Assembly (NCBI GenBank): GCA_050298595.1
Contig: JBNKUM010000067.1
Span: forward strand, 2,976-66,975
Direction: 5' to 3'
From: Gammaproteobacteria bacterium
Lineage (GTDB): Bacteria; Pseudomonadota; Gammaproteobacteria; GCA-001735895
Length of the DNA: 64,000 bases
The notes under the pieces were generated by a model. That model ran no database searches. It worked only from the letters and a program-made list of their open reading frames with translations, and was not told the DNA's origin. Within the stretch, counting starts at the first letter, position 1. Every line of letters begins with the position of its first letter. Both the position numbers and the translations under genes were made by a program. Of the stretch, positions 44,528-54,334 are shown in pieces.

Positions 44528-44794
44528 ATGATAGAAGTTAAGGTTTTAGGTTCTGGTTGTGCTAATTGTAAAAACACACAAAAGTTGATCGAAGAGGTTA
44601 CCGATGAAAATGGCATAGCCATAAACCTGCAGAAGGTAGAGGATATGGCTGAGATAATGTCGTATGGCATTATGTCAACGCCGGGTGTCATCGTTGATGG
44701 TAAAATAGCTCACGCAGGTGGCGTGCCAGATAAAAAAACAATCCTGTCCTGGTTTAAGGCATCCTGTTGCCCAGGTGATGATAATTGCTGTTAG
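44528..44794 (+). CDS. Thioredoxin-family redox-active disulfide protein with a Cys-rich C-terminal tail
   Basis: An 88-aa protein with a CANC active site near the N-terminus (GSGCANCK). The C-terminus is SCCPGDDNCC. Confidence 0.75.
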   Translation: MIEVKVLGSGCANCKNTQKLIEEVTDENGIAINLQKVEDMAEIMSYGIMSTPGVIVDGKIAHAGGVPDKKTILSWFKASCCPGDDNCC

Positions 44795-44802
44795 TTAAAA
44801 AA

Positions 44803-44918
44803 ATTTACCACAGAGGGTTAAAAAAGGTGTTCTTAAAATTAAGGAACATTTCAAAATTCTGATAACTAGTGAATTTAAATGGCAATATTACGCTAATAGC
44901 CCTTCTCTGTGTCCTCTC
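44803..44918. repeat. REP-like inverted repeat (AACCACAGAGG family) between convergent genes
   Basis: ttaccacagagggtt (44803-44817) and cccttctctgtgtcctctctgtggtttt (44890-44917). The same motif occurs at 63894-63954. Confidence 0.4.
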
Positions 44919-44935
44919 TGTGGTTTTAAAAGCTT

Positions 44936-47001
44936 TTATAGGTTGTTCCGTAACCCTTCAATAGCCAATTTAAACTCATTAATGTCAGTAACGGGTTCAC
45001 GGCAGATCATGCCTTCGCAAAGATATGCTGATACCTGATCATTAATCGGTTTCTTATCATGGAATATGTCTGAAACTTCTGCCTGTTCGTCTACTGGAAA
45101 ACACAGAACATCAGGCAGGTAATATTGGTTAACTATCTGCTGCCATTCCTTTATTGCCTTGTGCTCACCACGAAGAATGACAATGGTAACAGAGTGAAGA
45201 TGGATATCGACCGCATTAAGCATAGAGGCATAGGCTATTGGTTGTTTGGCCAGCTGTAAAGAAGCTGCGCTTATGGTTTTTTCTGCGACATCAAGATAAC
45301 GGGGTTCAGTGCACAGATAACCCAGATAGTATAAAGCCTGAGCAGCAATCGCGTTGCCAGAAGGCATGGCATCATCATTAAATGTCTGGCTGCGCAGAAT
45401 CAGGTTTTCATGGTCATTGCGGGTGAAATAAAACCACCACTTTTCTTATTGGCAAAATCATCGATTAGGCTATCTGCCAGTTCAACACACCATGTAAATA
45501 TATCTTTATCCCATTTTGCCTGTAGCGCTTCGATACAGCTGAGCAACAAGTAGGCGTAATCATCCAGATAGGCATTCAGATGAGCCTTGCCATCTTTCCA
45601 GGTTGCAAGCAATCGGCCATCATGCCAGATATATTGGCGCACAAAGTCGAGTGCGCGGAATGCAGATTTTGCATAGTCAGGACGATTGAGTATACGTGCG
45701 GCAATCAACATGCCACGTATCATCAGCGCATTCCATGAGGTTAGTACCTTGTCATCGGTGCCAGGTTTGATACGCCGATTACGGTGTTCAAACAATTGAT
45801 GACGCGAGCTTTCCAGTGATTCAATTATTTCAACTTCTTTCAGGCCGAATTTTTGACTGAGTTGTGTGTAGGTACGGTAGATGTGCGGATACCAGCTACC
45901 CTCAAAATTCGCTGGGCGATCCAGTCCGTAGGTTTTTATAAAAATATCAAACTCAAATTCGGATAGCAGGTGCTTAACCTCCTCTACCTGCCAGATATAA
46001 TATTTACCTTCCTCACCTTCAGAATCTGCATCCTGTGAGGAATAGTAACCACCCGCAGGTGATTGCATTTCACGCATAAGCCAGTCAGCGGTTAGAGATA
46101 TTGCCCGTTCATAATAGTGGTTTCGTCGTAGTTGATTAGCCCAGACATATATCGGCATCAACTGTCCATTGTCATAAAGCATTTTTTCAAAGTGCGGTAT
46201 CATCCATTGATCGTCAGTAGAGTATCGACAGAAGCCGCCGCCAATCTGATCGAATAAACCACCCTGAGCCATTTTTTCTGCTGTAAATAAACCGGCCTCA
46301 AGTAAGTTAGCATAATCACTCCCATAGAGTGAAAACTGACGCAGACAGCGTTCAACAAAACAGGCATGTGGGAACTTGGGTCTAGGCGTAAAGCCGCCAT
46401 CATCCGCATCGAATTGCTCCAGCAATTGTTGGGACATTACTGCAAAAATATTATCGCTTAACTCGGCCTGATGCTTCGCTGGTTGATTGATATGTTGCAG
46501 TTGTTCAAGTAACGACCGGTTTTGAAATTCGATATCGTTGCGTTTTGTATTATAGGCATTGTGCACAGCCTGAATAATGGACCTGAAAGATTGCATGCCA
46601 TAACGTTCCTGCGGTGGAAAGTAGGTACCCGCAAGAAAAGGCGTCTGGTCATCTGGCATCAGGAACAGGGTTAGTGGCCAGCCACCGCCGCGATGGGTTA
46701 ATACTTGATGCGCCAGTTGATAGATCTTGTCCAGATCCGGGCGTTCTTCACGATCAACCTTGATATTGATGAAATACTCATTCATCAATGCTGCTGTTTG
46801 TTCATCTTCGAAAGATTCATGCGCCATCACATGGCACCAGTGGCAGGCGGAATAACCAATGGATAATAGTACAGGCTTATCCTGTTCTAGAGCTAGTCTT
46901 AAGGCTTCATCTCCCCAGGGGTGCCAGTCCACAGGATTGTGTTTGTGCTGTAAAAGATAAGGACTGGTTTCATCGGCCAGTCGGTTTTCATGCGTATTCA
47001 T
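44936..47001 (-). pseudogene. DUF255 thioredoxin-domain protein (YyaL / SSP411-like), interrupted by a -1 frameshift near 45430
   Basis: The 533-aa N-terminal ORF (thioredoxin-like CHWCHVM motif) and the 143-aa C-terminal ORF (AMPSGNAIAAQAL) are one gene. The expected [29 protein letters not shown] is restored by adding one T to the T4 run at about 45432-45436 (an A-run on the + strand). Confidence 0.7.
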
Positions 47002-47179
47002 GATTCAGTTTCATCCGCAGGGCCTGAACTGGAACCTTGCTGTGACTTTAAAGTTTCAGTGTGTCTTCCTGGAGGTGGCGTCCAGCCTCGTTCGCTACCA
47101 TCATGAAACTGATTGTGATCTTTTTCTAGCAGGCCGCTCAATGTGTCCATATGCTCTCTGCTATGGGAAAGAAAATCAT

Positions 47180-47640
47180 GTTCTTTGAGACCTCTTCGTG
47201 TTCATCCTAAAGTTCATACAGATGTTCTATGCCATGATAGTCGTGTTCGTGAAACGCCATGACCATTTTCTCCACCTTAGAAGGGGTAATCCGAGAAGTT
47301 TTAAAGCCAGCGGTCCTGTTTCAACAAGGCTATCAAATAGTTCTCGAAACGCATAATCAACGCTGGCTTTTTTAGTAAATAAAGATGCCCTACATCAAAG
47401 GCTCTGGCGAGAACCTTTATGTGAGGGTGATGTCGTTTTACATGCTCAAGCAGTTCTACAGCACGATCTTTGTCATCTATGGCAACAATAAGCGATAATG
47501 TTTTACCTGGTTCTACTGAGATTACGTGATATAGAGCAATTATCGTTTTCCCTGGTTGATGAATTTTGATTCTATACCGACATACCAGCCTCAACAAAAA
47601 CAGTGCGGTTAAACCGCGCCACAGTTCGGACATATAATCT
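47180..47640 (-). pseudogene. Remnant of a Kef-type K+/H+ antiporter (TrkA-N / C-terminal region only)
   Basis: A 110-aa ORF containing AIDDKDRAVELLEHVKRHHPHIKVLARAFDVGHLY, which resembles the KefB/KefC regulatory domain. The membrane domain is absent and the downstream region is frameshifted. Confidence 0.45.
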
Positions 47641-47833
47641 ATCCATCAGTTAAAAATTGGTAAATCATGCTAGTCCTGGGGACAAAAATCGATTTGAGAG
47701 CAGGATAAAGGTAAAAAAGTATTAATTTGCAGTAAAAATAGTAAATATTTCTACTTTTGTTGTTTATTAACAGGAGTATAAGGAACGAAAAACATAAAAC
47801 AAACATGGCAGGCATTTGGCTAGGGAGATCGCA

Positions 47834-48295
47834 ATGTTACGTTTAACAGGCTTTATTCTTCTATTTCTGACTTTCAACACATGTTTCGCAGACAGGTTGT
47901 GTGACACGGGATGCCGTCTGGATATAGACTTTCCAACAGGCGGGGATATACAGGCAGTTAATGATCTGACCATTGTTTTTGGGCAGTCGGGTCTGATAAA
48001 TACTGTTGCTACCACTGTAGGCTTCGTTAACAGGGATAGTCTGGTTTTACACGCTGGCGAACGACTTTTGTTTTTACCGGGTGGCAGCTTCAACCTTGGG
48101 GAAGGCGGAAATCTGGATTATTCACAGTTAATCATTCAAAGCGATGGCGAAATTCAGTTATCAGCGATAGGTGGAACAAGAACACTCTTCATATCGGCTG
48201 GTTCAAGTTTTATCTTATCAGGAAAGGCGAGAATTGAATTTGATGCATATAACCTCATTCTTGATGGAATCCTGACCCGTGTCGACAAAGAATAG
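47834..48295 (+). CDS. Secreted hypothetical protein
   Basis: A signal peptide (MLRLTGFILLFLTFNTCFA). No recognised family. Confidence 0.5.
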   Translation: MLRLTGFILLFLTFNTCFADRLCDTGCRLDIDFPTGGDIQAVNDLTIVFGQSGLINTVATTVGFVNRDSLVLHAGERLLFLPGGSFNLGEGGNLDYSQLIIQSDGEIQLSAIGGTRTLFISAGSSFILSGKARIEFDAYNLILDGILTRVDKE

Positions 48296-48420
48296 AGGTC
48301 ACAATAAAGTAGTTACCGATATAGGATATGGAATGTAGTAATAAGTCGCAGCGCTTATCTTAAAAATTAGCCTTTATACATTTCGCGACAACACTTTTTA
48401 TACAGCAGGAGTTACCACTG

Positions 48421-48834
48421 ATGAATCTATTCGCGTATGGGACATTGATGGATGAGGCCATTATGCACAATGTCTGTGGTGAGCGGTTTCAATCACGAGT
48501 GGCTACTTTATCAGGCTATATGCGCAAAAAACTATGCGGTGAGGTTTATCCAGGGATTATTAGGCAGGCCGATTCAAAGGTTAAAGGGCGGGTATATCTT
48601 GATGTGACCGCGCAGGCTTTGCAGTATCTAGACCAGTTTGAAGGTTCGTTTTATCAAAGACAGCTCGTGTCAGCTGTTTTTGATGATGGCGCAAGCATGG
48701 AGGTTGAAACTTATGTGCTAACCAAAAGCTGTGCCAAACTGCTATCTGCGGAAGACTGGAGCCTGGAAGAGTTTCTAAACCGTGATAAGCCACTATTTGT
48801 GGATAAATATGGCGGTTATGAAAAGCTGGTTTAA
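48421..48834 (+). CDS. Gamma-glutamylcyclotransferase (AIG2/GGCT-like) family protein
   Basis: The N-terminal signature LFAYGTLM, with YGT and an E-containing core. Confidence 0.8.
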   Translation: MNLFAYGTLMDEAIMHNVCGERFQSRVATLSGYMRKKLCGEVYPGIIRQADSKVKGRVYLDVTAQALQYLDQFEGSFYQRQLVSAVFDDGASMEVETYVLTKSCAKLLSAEDWSLEEFLNRDKPLFVDKYGGYEKLV

Positions 48835-49050
48835 ACACAAAAACAAGCACCTTTAGGCTGAAGGCTAAACTGACCAGGCTATTTATCTTAGTGTAATAAA
48901 GTCCTTACAAATAACTTGCTAAAATCAGAATTTATCCTAGAATTCGCGCCACTTTAATATCCATCGAGGATTTATGTTATTTCGCTAACCGTGCGCTAAT
49001 TCAAAACAGCGCCGGAACTATTTTTTCTGACGTTATTTTGAGGCTCTTTA

Positions 49051-49353
49051 GTGGAACACTTAACTTCTCAGGCACTGGATCGTGTGATCCAGATGTTGAT
49101 TCATCTCTCAATTCCTGCCATCGCCTACTCAGCTGATGATGAATTTGAGAATCATTTCATGACACACAATGGTATCGAATATGCTGGTATTCCTATCAGT
49201 GTGCCTGGCTTACCGGAACACAACTACGCGGCTTTCGATGCGTTTACTTGTACAGATGGCTGTCCAGAGACAGTGCTGCCCGTATTAAAACCACCTTTCT
49301 TCCCTCGGAGCATGGAAGTCACCGAGCAGCCACGTGGTATTATCCGAGATTAA
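49051..49353 (+). CDS. Small protein with a class-1A S-adenosylmethionine decarboxylase (SpeH)-like C-terminal signature, possibly degenerate
   Basis: [17 protein letters not shown] matches the SpeH motif PEyGYAAiDlFTCG. The proenzyme ESH cleavage site and the N-terminal conserved residues are not evident. Confidence 0.4.
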   Translation: MEHLTSQALDRVIQMLIHLSIPAIAYSADDEFENHFMTHNGIEYAGIPISVPGLPEHNYAAFDAFTCTDGCPETVLPVLKPPFFPRSMEVTEQPRGIIRD

Positions 49354-49370
49354 AATTGGAGAATAGACCT

Positions 49371-50225
49371 ATGAAAGAATTCGAAGAAACTTTGTACGAT
49401 GCACTGGCACAGACCTTTCGTATCGATAAGCTGTATTTTGAACATAAAACCGATCATCAGCATCTGATGATTTTCCACAATGCTTTTCTTGGTCGTGTGA
49501 TGACCCTGGACGGAGTAGTTCAAACTACGGAAAAAGATGAGTTTTTCTATCATGAAATGCTGACACATGTGCCTGTTCTGGCGCATGGTAATGTAAAAAA
49601 GGTATTGATTATTGGTGGTGGTGATGGCGGCATGCTGCGAGAAGTGTTAAAGCATGCATCTGTGGAGCAGGTTACTATGGTCGAGATTGATGACAAAGTA
49701 ATCGAGATGGCGAAACAGTATTTACCCAACCACTCAGCCGGTGCATTTGACGATGCGCGAGCTAACATTGTGATTGCCGACGGTATAGATTTTGTGCGGA
49801 ATACTGACGAATGTTTTGATGTCATTATCTCTGACAGCACCGACCCTGTGGGTCCTGGTGAAGTACTGTTTACGGATAATTTTTATTCCGCCTGTCAGAA
49901 AATCCTGAATTCAGGTGGCGTTATGGTGACACAAAATGGCGTTCCTTTTTTTCAAATGGATGAATTAATTAATACGCAGAAGCGTATGGGCGCACAATTT
50001 AAGGATCAAACCTTTTATAGCGCCGCAGTACCTACCTATTACGGTGGGATTATGACATTCGCCTGGGGTAGCGATGATGAAACACTGAGACAGCAGGATA
50101 TCAGTGTTCTTCAACAGCGGTTTATTGATAGCGGTATTAAAACCCGTTACTACACACCGCAAATTCATCAGGCATCTTTTGCTTTACCAGCATATGTACT
50201 GGATAAACTGGAGAAAAACAGTTAG
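49371..50225 (+). CDS. speE: Spermidine synthase (polyamine aminopropyltransferase)
   Basis: Aminopropyltransferase signatures ([28 protein letters not shown]). The ATG at 49371 has a GGAGA RBS. The ORF-track start at 49248 is an upstream in-frame extension. Confidence 0.9.
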   Translation: MKEFEETLYDALAQTFRIDKLYFEHKTDHQHLMIFHNAFLGRVMTLDGVVQTTEKDEFFYHEMLTHVPVLAHGNVKKVLIIGGGDGGMLREVLKHASVEQVTMVEIDDKVIEMAKQYLPNHSAGAFDDARANIVIADGIDFVRNTDECFDVIISDSTDPVGPGEVLFTDNFYSACQKILNSGGVMVTQNGVPFFQMDELINTQKRMGAQFKDQTFYSAAVPTYYGGIMTFAWGSDDETLRQQDISVLQQRFIDSGIKTRYYTPQIHQASFALPAYVLDKLEKNS

Positions 50226-51367
50226 TGAACAAACGCTCTGTCAGATATGGTGCCAGTCCCGAAGAGAATGAATATTTCCAGGGGCTAGTGTCAAAGTATG
50301 GTTCTCCTTTATTGGTCATCAGTCGTAGTAAACTGATTCAACAGTATCAGAGTCTTAAAAACTACCTGCCCGGCGTGTCGCTATATTACGCCATCAAGGC
50401 TTTTCCTCACCCTGATGTGATTCGAATTCTGGCTGAACAGGGGTGTAATTTTGATGTGGCTTCAGAAGGCGAGATTGAGTTACTTAAGCCACAGCAAATC
50501 AGTGGTCGCAAAACTATCCATACTCATCCTATTAAGAAGGAAGCTCATATCAAGGCAGCATTGCGTGGCGGCTCAACCACTTTTGTAGTGGATAATATTG
50601 ATGAACTGAAAAAAATGATTCCATTTCGACAGCGAGTCGGTGTACTACTACGAGTTAGTTTTCGCAGTGATACCGCGAGTGTCGATCTATCGCGCAAGTT
50701 TGGTTGTAGCCCCGCCCAGGTCAGGGATCTGGTATTAGAGGCACAACAGTATGATATTCATATACGTGGACTGTCATTCCATGTAGGCTCACAGAGCCTG
50801 TCTTCAAATACGCATGTCGATGCGATTCAAAAATGTGCACAACTCATTGAAGAGATTAACGAAGATATTCCGAACCCGATGAATGTACTGGATATAGGCG
50901 GAGGTTTTCCAGTGGATTATGCTCAGGAAAATCCAGATCTGGAAGGATTCTTTAAGCCGATTCAACAGGCACTGTCTGAACTGCCAGATTATCTGGACAT
51001 TATCGCTGAGCCCGGACGTTATCTGGTGGCACCTGCAGTAACCGGCATCAGCAGTGTCACCGGTATCGCCAGGCGAGGGGAGTATATGTGGTATTACCTG
51101 GACGACGGTGTATATGGTTCTTATAGTGGGCAATTGTTTGACCATGTTCTGTACCCCCTGCAAATTCCGAATGATGCCGAACCACGCACTCTATCAATTC
51201 TATCTGGACCAACCTGCGACAGCATCGATATCATCTCCGAAGATATCATGCTGCCCGACCTGCGCGAAGGCGAACTGGTTATAGGCCACATGATGGGCGC
51301 CTATTCGGCAGCCACATCGACGCATTTTAATTCATTGTCGGGTGCCAGGATTATTCTTGAGGACTAG
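50225..51367 (+). CDS. Fold-type III PLP-dependent decarboxylase (ornithine/lysine decarboxylase-like)
   Basis: A PLP Lys motif (YAIKAF), a glycine-rich DIGGGFP and a C-terminal CDS.D motif (GPTCDSID). It has a GTG start overlapping the speE stop. Confidence 0.85.
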   Translation: MNKRSVRYGASPEENEYFQGLVSKYGSPLLVISRSKLIQQYQSLKNYLPGVSLYYAIKAFPHPDVIRILAEQGCNFDVASEGEIELLKPQQISGRKTIHTHPIKKEAHIKAALRGGSTTFVVDNIDELKKMIPFRQRVGVLLRVSFRSDTASVDLSRKFGCSPAQVRDLVLEAQQYDIHIRGLSFHVGSQSLSSNTHVDAIQKCAQLIEEINEDIPNPMNVLDIGGGFPVDYAQENPDLEGFFKPIQQALSELPDYLDIIAEPGRYLVAPAVTGISSVTGIARRGEYMWYYLDDGVYGSYSGQLFDHVLYPLQIPNDAEPRTLSILSGPTCDSIDIISEDIMLPDLREGELVIGHMMGAYSAATSTHFNSLSGARIILED

Positions 51368-51624
51368 GCAAGTGGGCCAACAACAGGTGCATTTTGTTAT
51401 CCCCTTTTTTTTATTCATATTTATTTTTCACTGCTATACTTTGAGGACTAAAAATACCCAGGGCCAGGCGTATTGTTTTACATCAGCCAGGAATATGAAA
51501 TCTAATAAATAGAACGGAGTAGTCAGGTGCTATCTATCTCCTTAATTAAACTGGGTTATCTCAAAGACAATTGTTGTGACTTTTTACATTCACAGGCTGT
51601 GAGCTGCAAAGTACTTTTGTCGCA

Positions 51625-53700
51625 ATGAATAGCTGGAAGTTATGCATTTTGCTCTGTGCATCCGCCTTTTCTTTATCGGCTGTGGCAGGTAGTGATGACA
51701 GGCTCGATCACTTTCTTTCCTTAAGTTTTGAAGATCTGGTGAATCTGGAAACCAGTATAGCCACAGCATCTCGTCAAACCATTTCTCGAGCACCAGCAGT
51801 TGTTTCAGTAATAACAGCAGATGATATCAAGGCAACTGGAGCGGTAAATCTGGTTGACGCTTTACGTACAGTGCCGGGTCTTCACATCAGGACAGACCCC
51901 TTTGGCAACCGCCCCCTCATCCACTTCCGTGGTTCAAAAGCGGTAAATACTTTGTTAATGGTCAACGGAAACCCAATGAAAGATCTTATGTGGGTATTTG
52001 GCATATTCTGGAAAGGATTACCCGCCAGTATAATTGATCGCATAGAGATTATCCGAGGACCTGGTTCAGCACTATTTGGTGCCGATGCAGCTGCCGGTGT
52101 TATTAATGTGATCACTAAAACAGCAGGCAAGACCGAAGGTACAGAAGCAGGCTTACGTATCGGCAGCTTTAACAGCAAAACCAGCTGGCTACAGCATGGT
52201 GGTAACCTTAATGGCTTCGATATTGGGCTCACGGCCAATATTCATGATACGGATGGATATAGTCCGTTTATCTCAAGCGACAACCAAACCCTCTATGATC
52301 AGGCGCAGACAAGCAATGTTTCGCTTGCACCATCCAATGTGCATTATGGTTGGCATGGCGAAGATCTTCGGCTCTCTATTGGCAAAGGAAACTGGCGATT
52401 ACTGGCGGATTATATGGGTCATAACGATATTCAAACCGGCATGACTGGAACTGCTGTGATCGATCCGCTTACTGTGGCCAGTGATAGCAGATATAACATT
52501 GATGTACTGTATAGCAATGATAACCTGTATGAAGACTGGTTGATCAATGCTGATTTTGGATATGAGCATTTGCAGTATGATTCCGGTGAAGGGTTTCAGG
52601 AACGGCCACCAGGCTTTGTTGATTCCAGTGGCGTTTACCCGAACGGTCTTATCAACCAGATGGAATCGGCTGAGCGTAGTCTGTCTTTTGAAGCCAGCGG
52701 TTTGTATAGTGGTTTTGAAAACCATGTACTTCGCGTCGGTGCGGGTTATTCGGTAAAAGATTTATACTCAGTCGTGCAACGGGTGAACTTTGGACTGGGA
52801 CCCGATGGCAATCAGTTGCCCGCTGGTGGACCGCTGGTTGATGTATCGGATACGCCGTACGCATTCGCCCCTGAAAAAAAACGTGAAATTGCTCATCTGT
52901 TTATTCAGGATATCTGGACTATTACTGACGACTGGGAGCTGACTGCTGGTGCGCGCTACGACGACTATTCTGATTTTGGCGATACGCTGAATCCACGTCT
53001 GGCTCTGGTATGGCAAACTACCGATAAACTAACTAGTAAGTTCATGTATGGAAAAGCATTCCGGGCGCCTTCTTTCCAGCAGCTTTTTTCTGAAACCTCT
53101 CGCGCCCTGCCTAACGACCAGCTTGATGCAGAAGAGTTTGATACGACTGAACTATCACTTTCATATGCCGCAACACAAAAACTTCAACTATCGATGAATA
53201 TGTTCCACCTTAATCAGGAAAATATTATTCAGCGTGTGGCAGTCAGCGGTCTAACCAAGAATCAATATAATAACATTGGAGATCACTGGACCAGGGGCTT
53301 CGAACTCGAAATGAAGTGGCAGACACTGCCGGATCTTAGAATGTCGGCAAACTATGCAGTTCAGCAGCAGAAAGATGATGAGTTTCGATATTTTCTGGTT
53401 CCAGAACAGTCTGCCTACCTGCGTGCTGACTGGTCATTTCACCCCAAATGGAACTGGGATTTTCAGGCAAACTGGATTGGTGAGCGGGTACGCCCATCTA
53501 CTGACACCCGCCCCTCACTTGCCGCTTATACGATTAGCGATACAACGCTTCGTTACACCGATTCAAACTCCTGGTCATTTGCCGCTTCGGTAAGAAATCT
53601 TTTTGACGAGGAGGCAAAAGAATATAGTTCGGGTTCTCTTGAGGATGACCTGCCATTACCAGAACGTAGTTTTTATGTTGAGATGCAATATAAATTTTAA
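51625..53700 (+). CDS. TonB-dependent outer-membrane receptor
   Basis: A signal peptide, a plug domain and a C-terminal beta-barrel ending in a terminal Phe (YVEMQYKF). Confidence 0.9.
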   Translation: MNSWKLCILLCASAFSLSAVAGSDDRLDHFLSLSFEDLVNLETSIATASRQTISRAPAVVSVITADDIKATGAVNLVDALRTVPGLHIRTDPFGNRPLIHFRGSKAVNTLLMVNGNPMKDLMWVFGIFWKGLPASIIDRIEIIRGPGSALFGADAAAGVINVITKTAGKTEGTEAGLRIGSFNSKTSWLQHGGNLNGFDIGLTANIHDTDGYSPFISSDNQTLYDQAQTSNVSLAPSNVHYGWHGEDLRLSIGKGNWRLLADYMGHNDIQTGMTGTAVIDPLTVASDSRYNIDVLYSNDNLYEDWLINADFGYEHLQYDSGEGFQERPPGFVDSSGVYPNGLINQMESAERSLSFEASGLYSGFENHVLRVGAGYSVKDLYSVVQRVNFGLGPDGNQLPAGGPLVDVSDTPYAFAPEKKREIAHLFIQDIWTITDDWELTAGARYDDYSDFGDTLNPRLALVWQTTDKLTSKFMYGKAFRAPSFQQLFSETSRALPNDQLDAEEFDTTELSLSYAATQKLQLSMNMFHLNQENIIQRVAVSGLTKNQYNNIGDHWTRGFELEMKWQTLPDLRMSANYAVQQQKDDEFRYFLVPEQSAYLRADWSFHPKWNWDFQANWIGERVRPSTDTRPSLAAYTISDTTLRYTDSNSWSFAASVRNLFDEEAKEYSSGSLEDDLPLPERSFYVEMQYKF

Positions 53701-53761
53701 GGATTGATATCATCAGGATGAAAAGACAAAAAAGAATGGCAAGGCATCTGGCCAACCGGGA

Positions 53762-54334
53762 ATGGAGTATCTGTTGAAGCCTATGATAAGGACATGGATG
53801 CTGTGGCTTCTACTATGCCTGTTGTCAGGCATGAAAAATATTGCTGTTGCTGAACAATACCCCGCTGAGGTTCATTTATTTAAAGCTGCTTACATCTACA
53901 ATTTTGGCAAACTGGTGAGTTGGCCAGAGGGAACCTGGCAATCTCAGGAAAGCCCCTTCACTCTATGTACTCTTGGTCAGGATGATGTTATCAATGCGCT
54001 AAATAAATTAGGTGGAAGGAAAATTCAAGGCCACCGTGTCACTATTCAATCGTTTAAAAATAATTTCCCTACAGGTCATTGTCAGATACTGTATATCGCT
54101 AAGAGCAGCGCCCACAACTATCCAGATAAACAGGATAAAGCCTCCCAGCAGGCACTATTAACGGTTAGTGAAATTCCTGGCTTTATAGATCAGGGTGGCA
54201 TTATCGAGCTCTATCGAGAAGATAATCGAACCCGCTTTAAGATTAATCTTGGCAAAGCTCGTGAACTGGGTCTCGAGATCAGTTCTCGATTGTTGACCCT
54301 GGCAACATCTGTTGAGGATAAAATAAAACAATGA
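53762..54334 (+). CDS. YfiR-family (DUF4154) periplasmic protein
   Basis: A 190-aa protein with a signal peptide and DUF4154-like conserved blocks ([24 protein letters not shown]). It overlaps the downstream kinase by 4 bp. Confidence 0.7.
   Translation: MEYLLKPMIRTWMLWLLLCLLSGMKNIAVAEQYPAEVHLFKAAYIYNFGKLVSWPEGTWQSQESPFTLCTLGQDDVINALNKLGGRKIQGHRVTIQSFKNNFPTGHCQILYIAKSSAHNYPDKQDKASQQALLTVSEIPGFIDQGGIIELYREDNRTRFKINLGKARELGLEISSRLLTLATSVEDKIKQ

Noticed and set aside
49248-49370. Upstream in-frame extension of speE
   Set aside because: SpeE homology starts at [10 protein letters not shown] (49371), which has a good RBS. The extension overlaps the preceding ORF.
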